From the sequence record NZ_CP128206.1: DNA of 64,000 bases; one strand, given 5' to 3'. The stretch's first letter is position 1, and every line of letters begins with the position of its first letter. The translations under genes were made by a program, and so were the position numbers. The notes under the pieces were generated by a model. It saw only the letters and a list, made by a program, of their open reading frames with translations, made no database searches and was not told the origin of the DNA. Below, piece by piece: positions 22,059 through 32,676 of the stretch. The DNA comes from a plasmid.

Positions 22059-22538
22059 TCACCGGAGAATATCGCTGGCAATGACGCGGTAAACGATGCC
22101 CAGCACCCACCCCATGATCTCGGGCCGGCTGGCAAACAGGAAACGCAGCTGAAACGGGAAGCTCAACACCCACTGACGCATGGGTTGTTCAGGCAGTACT
22201 TCATCAACCAGCAAGGCGGCACTTTCGGCCATCCGCCGCGCCCCACAGCTCGGGCAGAAACCGCGACGCTTACAGCTGAAAGCGACCAGGTGCTCGGCGT
22301 GGCAAGACTCGCAGCGAACCCGTAGAAAGCCATGCTCCAGCCGCCCGCATTGGAGAAATTCTTCAAATTCCCGTTGCACATAGCCCGGCAATTCCTTTCC
22401 CTGCTCTGCCATAAGCGCAGCGAATGCCGGGTAATACTCGTCAACGATCTGATAGAGAAGGGTTTGCTCGGGTCGGTGGCTCTGGTAACGACCAGTATCC
22501 CGATCCCGGCTGGCCGTCCTGGCCGCCACATGAGGCAT
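22059..22538 (-). pseudogene. ISCR2 (IS91-family rolling-circle transposase) 5' fragment, N-terminal 157 aa
   Basis: Identical to the N-terminus of the full copy at 27647-29140 (MPHVAARTASRDRDTGRYQ...). It abuts the Tn5393 IR remnant at about 22075. Confidence 0.85.
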
Positions 22539-22649
22539 GTTCCGCGTCCTTGCAATACTGTGTTTACATACAGTCTATCGCTTAGCGGAAAGTTCTTTTA
22601 CCCTCAGCCGAAATGCCTGCCGTTGCTAGACATTGCCAGCCAGTGCCCG

Positions 22650-22955
22650 TCACTCCGCGGTCTTCACTGCGTGATCGAGTTGATCGACACCCGCCGTGAC
22701 ACGCTCCATGAAGTGCCTGCCTGCGTCTGTTAGCCGAACGCCCCGCGCATGGCGCTCAAATAGCAGGACACCAAGGTTATCCTCCAGCGCTTTCACACGC
22801 GCGCTGACGCTCGACTGGCTGATACCAAGTGCCTTGGCCGCATGCCGAAAATTCAGATGCTCGGCGACGGCGATGAACTGAACAAGGGAAATGAGCGGTA
22901 TCCTGCCAGACAGGATACCGACATTCACGAGGTTTCGATGGTTAGTGCGCCGCAT
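22650..22955 (-). pseudogene. Truncated LysR-family regulator (the usual floR-associated delta-lysR)
   Basis: 101 aa, N-terminal HTH only. Confidence 0.7.
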
Positions 22956-22982
22956 CGGAGCGGGCCTGCTACCAGTCGTCGG

Positions 22983-24197
22983 TTAGACGACTGGCGACTT
23001 CTCGGTGGCAGCCCCACGGAGCCGAAGGAGCACCAGCCCCAACGAAACCAGTACCGCCATCGCCGTGGCGTAACAGATCACGGGCCACGCTGTGTCACCG
23101 TTTAAAAGTGCCACCGCCAATGTCCCGACAATGCTGACTATCAGGCTTTGAACGCAGAAGTAGAACGCGACCGCTGATCCCGCGATGTCGTCGAACTCTG
23201 CCAAAGCGCCGTTCGCGGTAACGGACACCGTGAAGACAATACCGACCGCGACAACCCACATCGGTAGGATGAAGGTGAGGAATGACGGCGAGCCGTAAAG
23301 TTCGCCGATCCCCAACAGGACCGCTCCGCAAACAAGCAACGCCATCCCACGCGCCACGCATCCTGCGATGCCCCATCTGGCGACAAAGGACTTCGCGAAA
23401 CGGGTTGTCACGATCATTACAAGCGCGACAGTGGCGAAGGCAAAGCTGAATCCGATCTCGGAATATTCCGCTTGGCCTATGAGCACACGGGGAGCCGTCG
23501 AGAAGAAGACGAAGTAGGTGCCCATACCGGCGCTAAAGCCGACAGTGTAAACCCAAAAAGCCGGACTCGCGAAGATCGGCAAGACAGATCGGCGCGTCTT
23601 GACTTGATCCAGAGGGCGGGTTTCGTGCCACCTGAAACCCGCATTTAGGAGTGCGAGCATCGCCAGTATAGCCAAAGTAATGAATATCGCCTGCCATCCC
23701 AAGAACTCGCCGATCAATGTTCCGGCGATAGGGCCGAGCGCAGGCACGAACGCCAGCATCGAACTGAAAAGGCCGTAGATGACGACACCCTCAGGACGGT
23801 TGGCATAAACGTCGCGAACCGTCGCGAACGTCGCCACCAGCATGGCCGACGCGCCCACTGCTTGAAGTAGACGGAAAGCGACAAAGGCCGGTGCAGTTGA
23901 AGACCAAGCTGCTCCCAGAGACGCAATGACGAAAGCCGTTGCGCCCGCAAGTAGAATTGGCCGTCGCCCGATTCTGTCTGAGAGCGGACCAAAAATCACC
24001 TGGCCCACGCCGAGCATCACCATATAGAGGCTCAACGTGAGTTGGATCATAGCGGGCGTCGTGTTCAGGATGCCGGGCATCGCTGGAACGACAGGGAGAT
24101 AAATATCCATCGCCAGTGAAGCGAGGATGTCGAAAGGAGCCATCAGCAGCAGTGCTGCCGGCAGCGTATAGGCCCACGCGGGGCGTGTGGTGGTCAT
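22983..24197 (-). CDS. floR: Florfenicol/chloramphenicol efflux MFS transporter FloR
   Basis: 404 aa, MTTTRPAWAYTLPAALLLMAPFDILASLAMDIYLPVVPAMP... Recognised FloR. Confidence 0.95.
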   Translation of the reverse strand: MTTTRPAWAYTLPAALLLMAPFDILASLAMDIYLPVVPAMPGILNTTPAMIQLTLSLYMVMLGVGQVIFGPLSDRIGRRPILLAGATAFVIASLGAAWSSTAPAFVAFRLLQAVGASAMLVATFATVRDVYANRPEGVVIYGLFSSMLAFVPALGPIAGTLIGEFLGWQAIFITLAILAMLALLNAGFRWHETRPLDQVKTRRSVLPIFASPAFWVYTVGFSAGMGTYFVFFSTAPRVLIGQAEYSEIGFSFAFATVALVMIVTTRFAKSFVARWGIAGCVARGMALLVCGAVLLGIGELYGSPSFLTFILPMWVVAVGIVFTVSVTANGALAEFDDIAGSAVAFYFCVQSLIVSIVGTLAVALLNGDTAWPVICYATAMAVLVSLGLVLLRLRGAATEKSPVV

Positions 24198-24413
24198 GAC
24201 GAATCAACCCTCGATTAAGGAATACCGGGCGACGTCTGCTCGTCAGCAATCAGATGAGACTAGCCTTACAGAGCGCCGCAACAACAATACTGGTTGTTGC
24301 GGCTTACTTGTCTGCTGACTTGGAATTTCCCATCTGATTACTCCACGCTTACGAATATGAATTGCTACATTTTATCCGATTATCTTTTGCTTCGCAATGC
24401 GGCATGGGCGCAC

Positions 24414-25298
24414 TCAGCGTTCCAGCCCCCTCTGCCGCCCTAACTGCCACGACACCGACCCGCCCTGCACGATGCCCATAACCTCGCGGCCGAGTTGGCG
24501 GTCGATGATCGGCCGCCACGGGACAAGGGTGAACTCATGGGATTTCTCGACCACGGCGAACTTGCCGCTCGATAGATGCACGGTTCCGGTAAACTTGCCG
24601 CTGACGCTCTCGCCGTCCGTGGCGGCGCGGAACGGCAGGCCCTTACTCAAAGCCATATCCGATCCGACGCCGGCTACCTCGCGCTCCCGCAGGATGGCGA
24701 GAAGGTTGCGCCGGTAGAAGACGCGGCTGTCCCGGCTGCGGGTGGCGTCGCCCTGTTCGATATGGTGCTCGCGGCGCTGGTCCATGGCTTCGCGGACTTG
24801 TTGCCCGAAGCCGGTTGGCGCAAGGTCGGCCGTCTCGCCGTGGATCAGCCGCCGGTCCAGCCAGGTCGCGCCGTCCGATCCGATCTGTTTGTTCAGATCG
24901 ACCGGGGAAAGGACGCGAACGCTGGCCTGACTGTCTCGGCCGGCGTCATGGGCGGCGGCACGGCTGACCAGATCATCGGGGATGCGCCATTGGTCGGCGT
25001 CGATCCGCTCGACGATACCGGCCCGGCGTAGCGCCTCCAGCCGGCGCACATGGGCATCGACATAGCCCTCATAGTCGCCGCCTGGAACGCGGCACGTATA
25101 GGAAGAATAAACGCCCTTTTCACCCAAGTCCAACAGCTTTGGACCGCAGTTGACTCTTTCGACACCCCTGCGATGCAACCCAATCCGGCTGACGGGGAGC
25201 CAGCAACGCTGAAAATTTACCCTCCTCTTTCCCACTAGCGGCTCCTTTTCCGACAACCAGCACGGCGGATCCCTGCCGCGGCGCTGTGAACGCAGCAT
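24414..25298 (-). CDS. VirD2-like relaxase-related ORF commonly linked to ISCR2-floR
   Basis: 294 aa. A 74-aa N-terminal fragment of the same ORF is duplicated at 27392-27616. Confidence 0.6.
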   Translation of the reverse strand: MLRSQRRGRDPPCWLSEKEPLVGKRRVNFQRCWLPVSRIGLHRRGVERVNCGPKLLDLGEKGVYSSYTCRVPGGDYEGYVDAHVRRLEALRRAGIVERIDADQWRIPDDLVSRAAAHDAGRDSQASVRVLSPVDLNKQIGSDGATWLDRRLIHGETADLAPTGFGQQVREAMDQRREHHIEQGDATRSRDSRVFYRRNLLAILREREVAGVGSDMALSKGLPFRAATDGESVSGKFTGTVHLSSGKFAVVEKSHEFTLVPWRPIIDRQLGREVMGIVQGGSVSWQLGRQRGLER

Positions 25299-25328
25299 TT
25301 TGATTGGTATCGTTGGCCTTCAGGCTCG

Positions 25329-26345
25329 TCAGTCAAACAGACCCAGGAGCAGCTCAGCCGGTGGCGCCCGGCTTTCGGGTAACGCCCTGGTCCCGCTGGT
25401 TTCGGCTTTGTGCTTCAGGTGATCAAGGATCTGCTTGATCACTATAGGGTCTTCAATGCAGGCGATGACTTTCATGGCGCCGCCGCAGCCGCTGCAGGTC
25501 TCGATGTCGATATTGAAAACACGCTTGAGCCGTTGCGCCCATGTCATCGACGCTCGCCGTTGTGCTGGTGTTGCCGGTTCATCAGCCACCCTGACCTTGT
25601 TGCCCCTGCCCCGTTTTGCCGGCGTGACCAACGCCCGGTGCCGACTGTTGGGTGCGAACACCCCGTGGAAGCGGGTTAGGTTGACTCTGGGCTTCGGTAC
25701 CAGGGCGGCCAGCCTTGCAATGAAATCCAATGGTTCGAAAATGACGTGCGTGGTGCCGTCCCGGTACGGCGTCTTGAGCTGGTAGCGCACGTTGCCGCCT
25801 CGTGTTAACGACAGCCGCTTCTCGGATACCGCCGGGCGGCTGATGTACCGGCACAGCCGTTCGAGCTTCTTGCGTTCATCGGCCCTGGCCGCCACGCCGG
25901 CGTGCAGGCTGGACCCGGCTACCTTGCCAATCCCGTCACCGAACGGATCACCACTGGTCGGCAGAGTTTGCAAAGTGAACACCTTTCGCCCCGCCTGTGA
26001 ACCGACAGCGATACGGTAAGTGATCGAGTGCCCCAGCAGGGGTGTCATCGGGTCGTCATCCACCGCATCCGAGGCCAGATAGCTGTTTTCGACATCCCGT
26101 TCCAGCAGGCCTTGCCGTTCCAGATAGCGACCCACCCGGTGGGCGATGGTGTGCGTCAGCTGGGTGAGCTCTGGGCTGGTCGGCGCCTTGACCCAGCGGA
26201 AACGCGCTGAGCCGTGGGATTGCTCGACATACACACCGTCGAGAAACAGCATGTGGAAGTGAACATTCAGATTGAGCGCCGATCCAAAACGCTGGATCAG
26301 GGTGACCGCGCCCGTCTTGGCCACTTGGTGGGTATGGCCCGCTTT
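25329..26345 (-). pseudogene. ISCR2 3' fragment (C-terminal 331 aa plus its downstream end)
   Basis: Identical to 27647-28670 of the full copy. It starts about 10 codons after the end of the 5' fragment at 22059-22538. Confidence 0.85.
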
Positions 26346-26359
26346 CTTGACCAGGTGCC

Positions 26360-26706
26360 AATACCCATCTTTGTATCAACTCCCCTTCCTGCCCGGCATC
26401 CCCGCAATTGATGACTTCAGAACAAGATGCTACCAATTTTTCAATAACAGCAAATTGCCTTTTTACTCCATCGTTATCAATTAGTTTAATGCCAAATTTT
26501 TTAGGTACAATTGGCAGATCTTCCAATTTCCAGTATTTCCAATTTTCTTTGTAATCATGGGGTTCATTCAATGTACACAGATGGCCAAAAGTCCAGGTTA
26601 CCCAATAGCCATTTCCTTCATAAAAGCCGTTGTTGCGTTGTTTTGCACCAATTACTTCGGCAATATCTTTTGCCACAGAAGGTTTTTCAGCTATACATAA
26701 AATCAT
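26360..26706 (-). pseudogene. DNA topoisomerase III N-terminal (Toprim) fragment
   Basis: MILCIAEKPSVAKDIAEVIG...VTWTFGHL...DLPIVP...CGDAGQEGELI matches the TopB N-terminus. The rest of the 216-aa ORF is antisense ISCR2 sequence. Confidence 0.7.
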
Positions 26707-26788
26707 AAGGAGGCAAAGTTAGTAAGGTCGTTGAAGTTTTGAAACCGTTACATACAAAACATTTCAACAAAAACAGTAAGTTTTAGAG

Positions 26789-27295
26789 TTATTTACGTGT
26801 ATATTTTTTTATTTCAAAAGCAAAAGCGTGTTTTTCATCAATACCCTGTTTCAGTACAGTTTCACTATTCCACTCAGATTCAGAAAATTTAGGAAAAAAA
26901 GTATCTGCGTCAAACACTCCATCTACTTGTGTGATATACATTTCTTGAAGGATGTTTCGCTGCATAACTTCTGCATAAATTTGTCCCCCACCAATGATGA
27001 AAACAGTTCTTTCGGTTTCATTTTTATAGAACTCTAAACATTCAGTAAGTGAAAAAAAGACATGAGCTCCTGGTGCTTGATAGCCGATTTGGTGAGTTAA
27101 AACGGCATTTTCACGATTTGGCAAGGGTCTAAATTTCTCAGGAATAGATTCATAATTTTTACGTCCGGTTATTACTACATGACCTGTTGAAGTTTCTTTA
27201 AAGAATTTCATATCAGCCGGCAATTTCCATAACAAATCGTTGTCTTTACCAATGCCAAAATTTTTATCCATGGCAACAATTAATGATAGTTTCAT
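26789..27295 (-). CDS. dfrA: Dihydrofolate reductase, dfrA-type (trimethoprim-resistance context). Allele not determinable.
   Basis: 168 aa DHFR fold (LIVAMDKNFGIGKDNDLLWKLPADMKFFKETS...). A low-GC gene inside the high-GC ISCR2 resistance block. Confidence 0.8.
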   Translation of the reverse strand: MKLSLIVAMDKNFGIGKDNDLLWKLPADMKFFKETSTGHVVITGRKNYESIPEKFRPLPNRENAVLTHQIGYQAPGAHVFFSLTECLEFYKNETERTVFIIGGGQIYAEVMQRNILQEMYITQVDGVFDADTFFPKFSESEWNSETVLKQGIDEKHAFAFEIKKYTRK

Positions 27296-27391
27296 AATGA
27301 TCGGTATTGAATAATTAATTTTTTATTTGAGGCATTAAGCACATGCAATAATTTCTCAATTGGTTTTTTCACCTTTTCTTTCAAATGTAAC

Positions 27392-27616
27392 TCATCTGCA
27401 GTTTGAATCATACGTATAGGAAGAATAAACGCCCTTTTCACCCAAGTCCAACAGCTTTGGACCGCAGTTGACTCTTTCGACACCCCTGCGATGCAACCCA
27501 ATCCGGCTGACGGGGAGCCAGCAACGCTGAAAATTTACCCTCCTCTTTCCCACTAGCGGCTCCTTTTCCGACAACCAGCACGGCGGATCCCTGCCGCGGC
27601 GCTGTGAACGCAGCAT
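27392..27616 (-). pseudogene. Duplicated 5' fragment of the virD2-like ORF, part of the ISCR2 downstream region
   Basis: The 74-aa ORF is identical to the N-terminus of 24414-25298. Confidence 0.7.
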
Positions 27617-27646
27617 TTTGATTGGTATCGTTGGCCTTCAGGCTCG

Positions 27647-29140
27647 TCAGTCAAACAGACCCAGGAGCAGCTCAGCCGGTGGCGCCCGGCTTTCGGGTAA
27701 CGCCCTGGTCCCGCTGGTTTCGGCTTTGTGCTTCAGGTGATCAAGGATCTGCTTGATCACTATAGGGTCTTCAATGCAGGCGATGACTTTCATGGCGCCG
27801 CCGCAGCCGCTGCAGGTCTCGATGTCGATATTGAAAACACGCTTGAGCCGTTGCGCCCATGTCATCGACGCTCGCCGTTGTGCTGGTGTTGCCGGTTCAT
27901 CAGCCACCCTGACCTTGTTGCCCCTGCCCCGTTTTGCCGGCGTGACCAACGCCCGGTGCCGACTGTTGGGTGCGAACACCCCGTGGAAGCGGGTTAGGTT
28001 GACTCTGGGCTTCGGTACCAGGGCGGCCAGCCTTGCAATGAAATCCAATGGTTCGAAAATGACGTGCGTGGTGCCGTCCCGGTACGGCGTCTTGAGCTGG
28101 TAGCGCACGTTGCCGCCTCGTGTTAACGACAGCCGCTTCTCGGATACCGCCGGGCGGCTGATGTACCGGCACAGCCGTTCGAGCTTCTTGCGTTCATCGG
28201 CCCTGGCCGCCACGCCGGCGTGCAGGCTGGACCCGGCTACCTTGCCAATCCCGTCACCGAACGGATCACCACTGGTCGGCAGAGTTTGCAAAGTGAACAC
28301 CTTTCGCCCCGCCTGTGAACCGACAGCGATACGGTAAGTGATCGAGTGCCCCAGCAGGGGTGTCATCGGGTCGTCATCCACCGCATCCGAGGCCAGATAG
28401 CTGTTTTCGACATCCCGTTCCAGCAGGCCTTGCCGTTCCAGATAGCGACCCACCCGGTGGGCGATGGTGTGCGTCAGCTGGGTGAGCTCTGGGCTGGTCG
28501 GCGCCTTGACCCAGCGGAAACGCGCTGAGCCGTGGGATTGCTCGACATACACACCGTCGAGAAACAGCATGTGGAAGTGAACATTCAGATTGAGCGCCGA
28601 TCCAAAACGCTGGATCAGGGTGACCGCGCCCGTCTTGGCCACTTGGTGGGTATGGCCCGCTTTCTTGACCAGGTGCGTGGCAATGACGCGGTAAACGATG
28701 CCCAGCACCCACCCCATGATCTCGGGCCGGCTGGCAAACAGGAAACGCAGCTGAAACGGGAAGCTCAACACCCACTGACGCATGGGTTGTTCAGGCAGTA
28801 CTTCATCAACCAGCAAGGCGGCACTTTCGGCCATCCGCCGCGCCCCACAGCTCGGGCAGAAACCGCGACGCTTACAGCTGAAAGCGACCAGGTGCTCGGC
28901 GTGGCAAGACTCGCAGCGAACCCGTAGAAAGCCATGCTCCAGCCGCCCGCATTGGAGAAATTCTTCAAATTCCCGTTGCACATAGCCCGGCAATTCCTTT
29001 CCCTGCTCTGCCATAAGCGCAGCGAATGCCGGGTAATACTCGTCAACGATCTGATAGAGAAGGGTTTGCTCGGGTCGGTGGCTCTGGTAACGACCAGTAT
29101 CCCGATCCCGGCTGGCCGTCCTGGCCGCCACATGAGGCAT
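27647..29140 (-). CDS. ISCR2 (ISVsa3-type) IS91-family rolling-circle transposase, intact
   Basis: 497 aa, with HUH-type motifs and a zinc-finger CxxC...CxxC N-terminus. The two fragments elsewhere together reconstitute it. Confidence 0.9.
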   Translation of the reverse strand: MPHVAARTASRDRDTGRYQSHRPEQTLLYQIVDEYYPAFAALMAEQGKELPGYVQREFEEFLQCGRLEHGFLRVRCESCHAEHLVAFSCKRRGFCPSCGARRMAESAALLVDEVLPEQPMRQWVLSFPFQLRFLFASRPEIMGWVLGIVYRVIATHLVKKAGHTHQVAKTGAVTLIQRFGSALNLNVHFHMLFLDGVYVEQSHGSARFRWVKAPTSPELTQLTHTIAHRVGRYLERQGLLERDVENSYLASDAVDDDPMTPLLGHSITYRIAVGSQAGRKVFTLQTLPTSGDPFGDGIGKVAGSSLHAGVAARADERKKLERLCRYISRPAVSEKRLSLTRGGNVRYQLKTPYRDGTTHVIFEPLDFIARLAALVPKPRVNLTRFHGVFAPNSRHRALVTPAKRGRGNKVRVADEPATPAQRRASMTWAQRLKRVFNIDIETCSGCGGAMKVIACIEDPIVIKQILDHLKHKAETSGTRALPESRAPPAELLLGLFD

Positions 29141-29251
29141 GTTCCGCGTCCTTGCAATACTGTGTTTACATACAGTCTATCGCTTAGCGGAAAGTTCTTT
29201 TACCCTCAGCCGAAATGCCTGCCGTTGCTAGACATTGCCAGCCAGTGCCCG

Positions 29252-29443
29252 TCACTCCCTGTCGTCTGGGCGTTCCTCTGGGCTAAACATCGACATGATC
29301 CGGCGCTTAATATCGCCGTCCTTGTTGACCAGCGTCTTGGTCACGAAGGCCGCGTATTCTTTGGCGTTGTCGTACCCTTTCCAGACCTCGTGGGGGTCAA
29401 GAGCGTAGGCGCAAACCCGCCCAGCGACTGGGATTCTGACCAA
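29252..29443 (-). CDS. Hypothetical 63-aa ORF between ISCR2 and the Tn3-family element
   Basis: ORF only, low GC. May be a remnant of the original target gene. Confidence 0.25.
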   Translation of the reverse strand: MVRIPVAGRVCAYALDPHEVWKGYDNAKEYAAFVTKTLVNKDGDIKRRIMSMFSPEERPDDRE

Positions 29444-29463
29444 GGCGCGTTCTGTCTCAAGGT

Positions 29464-32400
29464 GGGGTTCTAGGGATTTTCCCCTCTAAAAAGACATAAT
29501 CCTCTGTAGACCACACCAATAAATGGCTGCGGAGGTGGTTTACTTTCAGCTTGGAGCCTAATCATCCACTATCGGCCTTGTTATTTCGCCAATATTGGGC
29601 AATTTCCCAGTATTAGTGAAGTTATACGTTCCGCTTAAGTTGATATTTTGCCACGCAACGGGCGAAACAGCACGAGTGATACCCGCTTTCTCTTCATCTC
29701 CTCTCGCTTCAAAGTGTCCCAGAAGATGACTCAGTATCGCGGAGTTGAAGTAGATGATCGCGTTGGCAAGCAATCTTGCGCATTCATTCCAGATAGCGAT
29801 TTCAGACTCGTTTTTGCCACGGAACTGATCACCATTCACCGACGCAATGGCTCGTCTAAGGAAGTGCCATGCTTCTCCCCGGTTCAGGGCACGTTGCACA
29901 TACTGCCGCAAACTGGCATCGTCGATGTAGTCAAGTAAATATTGCGCTTTAACCAGTCGATTATACTCCGTCAGAGCCTGTAATATTGGGTGTCCAGAAG
30001 GGTAACCAGACAACTTTCTTACCAGCATTGCTTGTGTCGTCCGCTTTGTCTGAAGTGACAGAACAATACGCCTGATATCTTGCCATCCCGTTGTAATAAC
30101 ATTCGTTCTGATAGGCTTCTTTAGCGCCAGTATGGTGCTGCCTTGTTCACTTTCAGTCACATCAAACAGATCATTGATGACACTACTGAACTGCGCGTAT
30201 CGCGGTGCAAAACTGTAACCGCATAGATCCAGTAAGGCGAAGTTAACATGATTGACACCGTGTGTATCTGTCGAGAGTACGTCAGGTTTGATTTCACTGC
30301 TGTTGGATTGTAACAGGTCATAAATATAGTGTGATTCGTGCTCGTTGGAACCGATGATCCGAGCATTGAGGGCGCTGTGGTTGGCCACCAGTGTCATGGC
30401 CGTGATCCCTTTGTTGGTGCCGAAATACTTAGAGGAGTACCGGGTTTTAAAGGTTTCCAGATGGGTTTCGAATTTCTGACCATCCGCACTGGCATGCAGC
30501 TGGTCCTCCTGAATATGGTAGTGGCGGAAGATGGGTAGCGCTGCAACCGCATTATTGATCACGTCGCTGGCGTCATGCAGCGTTTCAGGCCGGATATAGT
30601 TGGCCTGCACCGTACTCAGGTGTTCATAGCTTCGATCGGAGATCTGCGCCATGCCATACACACCACGGTGAGTGGCGTTGGCAATCAGAATGGCCAGTAA
30701 ATCATCCTGATGAGTGAACCCTTGTTTTTGTATCGGAAGTACATGAGTCAGACATTTCATGAACCCGGTTTCGCGCTCTACATACCGCAGTACATCCGCG
30801 ATACCGACCGGTTGCATTCGCTTAAAAAAGGGATTGTTGACCAGAGATGTAGCGCTTTTGGTCGGCAGACGCCAGCGGGTACCGGTACGATTTTTCATGA
30901 TCACATTTCGATTGTCTCCCTCATCAATATGGAGAGCAACGTCTTTGAGTGCACTTTCCAGCCGGTGTTGTTTCTCCTGTAACAATAACTCTGCGGGCTG
31001 TTTTAGTCTGTCCAGTGTTGATGAGGCCAGCAAGGTATCCTGCGATGTCTGGGGATCAGGTCGTCTTCCAGTGCGCGGTATTTGGTAACATTTGGCAAAT
31101 AAATGCGTCCATTCAGTCGTGAGGTTAACTGCCGGTAGAGCAGCCATTCGTAACGTTGCGGGTTAACGTTATCCTGTTTAACCAACCATGGGAGGTGCTT
31201 TTTCGGGATGAGCGACGTATCCATCGTCTTCAGTGGTCCACCGAATGCGATTTCCGTCTGCATCTGTTGAAGTTGGGCGACGACGGCTTCTGAGCCTTTA
31301 CCGGCCTCACATTCAAGGCACAAGAACACCTGCCTTAACAGTTGCTCCAGGAGATTGCATTGTTCATCGTAATGTTGCCACTGGTACTCTTCCACGGTCC
31401 GTTTCTGTTTTTTCAGGTAAAGGCAGAGGGTCTGGATATCCCTGTCATTCATGACCTTCAATGCCTGTTGTCTGACTACTGAGAAGGGCTGATTGTCATC
31501 AATATTCTCGTCAACAAACAGGTGAAGTAGCTCTGCCGCTTTCGTGACATTGTCCGCAGCTGACTGCCAGGACAGGAACACTGCTTGTTGTGCAAAGGCG
31601 TTGGCGGCTTCCTGTTGTTTTCGGATATGGTAAACAAACCCATCCGTCAGGCGCTCCAGTGCAAGTTGCATGCGCTCTGTCAGATGACACAGTAACCACA
31701 GGTGCTGCTGTGAGCGTTTGAAGCGCCGCACTTTACTGCCGTAGTAATCAATAAGGCCGCTGAAGTGTTGTCGATTTTTTAGCGACAGATTGAGCCTGTC
31801 CACAACGTCATTTATTTGCGTGTGCCATGGTGCTAACCGGTGGTAAATGGCGAGCTCTTTTTTAAGCTCAGGCACGGTCAGACTTTTGGCACCACCCCTG
31901 AGATGGCTCAGACTCAGCCCGTCGTCTTTAGTAGTGATTATGTTGTCCAGAAAGACGTTAAGTTCATTACTGGTAAGTTGATTCAGTTGGAGCGTCAGGT
32001 CTTTTCTGACCTGTTGCATTGTGCGGCTTATCAGTCTTTGAAGCACGGAGTACTTAGGAATGGCAATGTTATGGCTGGCAAGGTATTCAATGGCCGCATC
32101 AAAGAGGTGTCGAGGCTCCAGCCAGGCATGACCAATGTAAACCAGGTGGTGGCACAGAGCATTGAGGTGCTGTTTTTCATTCCACTTATTGTAATTTAGT
32201 AGACGCAGTATCCTTGAGTAAATACGGTCACGCTGCATTTTACTGACACTGAAAGGCCTGATCCCTTTACCTCTTTGAATTTGGGAGGCAATAAACTGCA
32301 TGTCGATACTGATATCACGGAAACTCGGAGCAATGATCACTGGCTTAGATTTAAAATAGCCCAGAAGCGCCACGAAATAACAACGATGTTTAGTAAGCCT

Positions 32401-32676
32401 GATAGTACGGCATTCGGCCTGTTCTACATCGTTTAGCGAAAAATACAAACGTTGTTCCTCAATAGAAAACTGAGGTGCTGAATACAAGTCTCGTTGTTCT
32501 GCCTGAGTCAGAATCGAGAGTTCATTACTAATTGCCATGATGAATAAACGCCAATATGATTGATGGTGTTTATATAAGATGGCAGAATATTGGAAGGTAA
32601 CCCACCGCCACAGACCATATAATATAATACCTGTAGCGTTCTATGTTACTTTAGAGGGGAAAATCCCTAGAACCCC
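29464..32676 (-). mobile_element. Tn3-family IS-like element, copy B. Same IRs as copy A, a mosaic tnpA with a divergent 5' third, and a 1-bp deletion.
   Basis: IRs at 29464-29490 and 32650-32676. tnpA is split into ORFs 29558-31147 and 31003-32538. A G is missing at about 31050 relative to copy A (TCTGGGGATCAGG versus TCTGGGGGATCAGG). Confidence 0.8.
29558..32538 (-). pseudogene. tnpA: Tn3-family tnpA, frameshifted. The N-terminal third is about 75 percent identical to copy A and the rest is near-identical.
   Basis: See the two overlapping ORFs in the track. Confidence 0.8.

Noticed and set aside
26056-26706. 216-aa ORF called as one protein
   Set aside because: Only the first about 115 codons are genuine (topoisomerase III Toprim). 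The remainder is antisense translation of ISCR2 sequence identical to 28374-28775. It is a chimeric read-through, not a real protein.
26360-26790. Expected a dcd gene next to dfrA, remembered from the SXT layout
   Set aside because: No dCTP-deaminase-like ORF is present. The neighbour is a topoisomerase III stub instead, so the SXT gene order cannot be assumed here.
15219-29463. Possible integron (given the dfrA and sul genes)
   Set aside because: No intI, attI or attC/59-be elements were seen. Gene capture here is by ISCR2 and Tn3-family elements, and sul2 (not sul1) is present.
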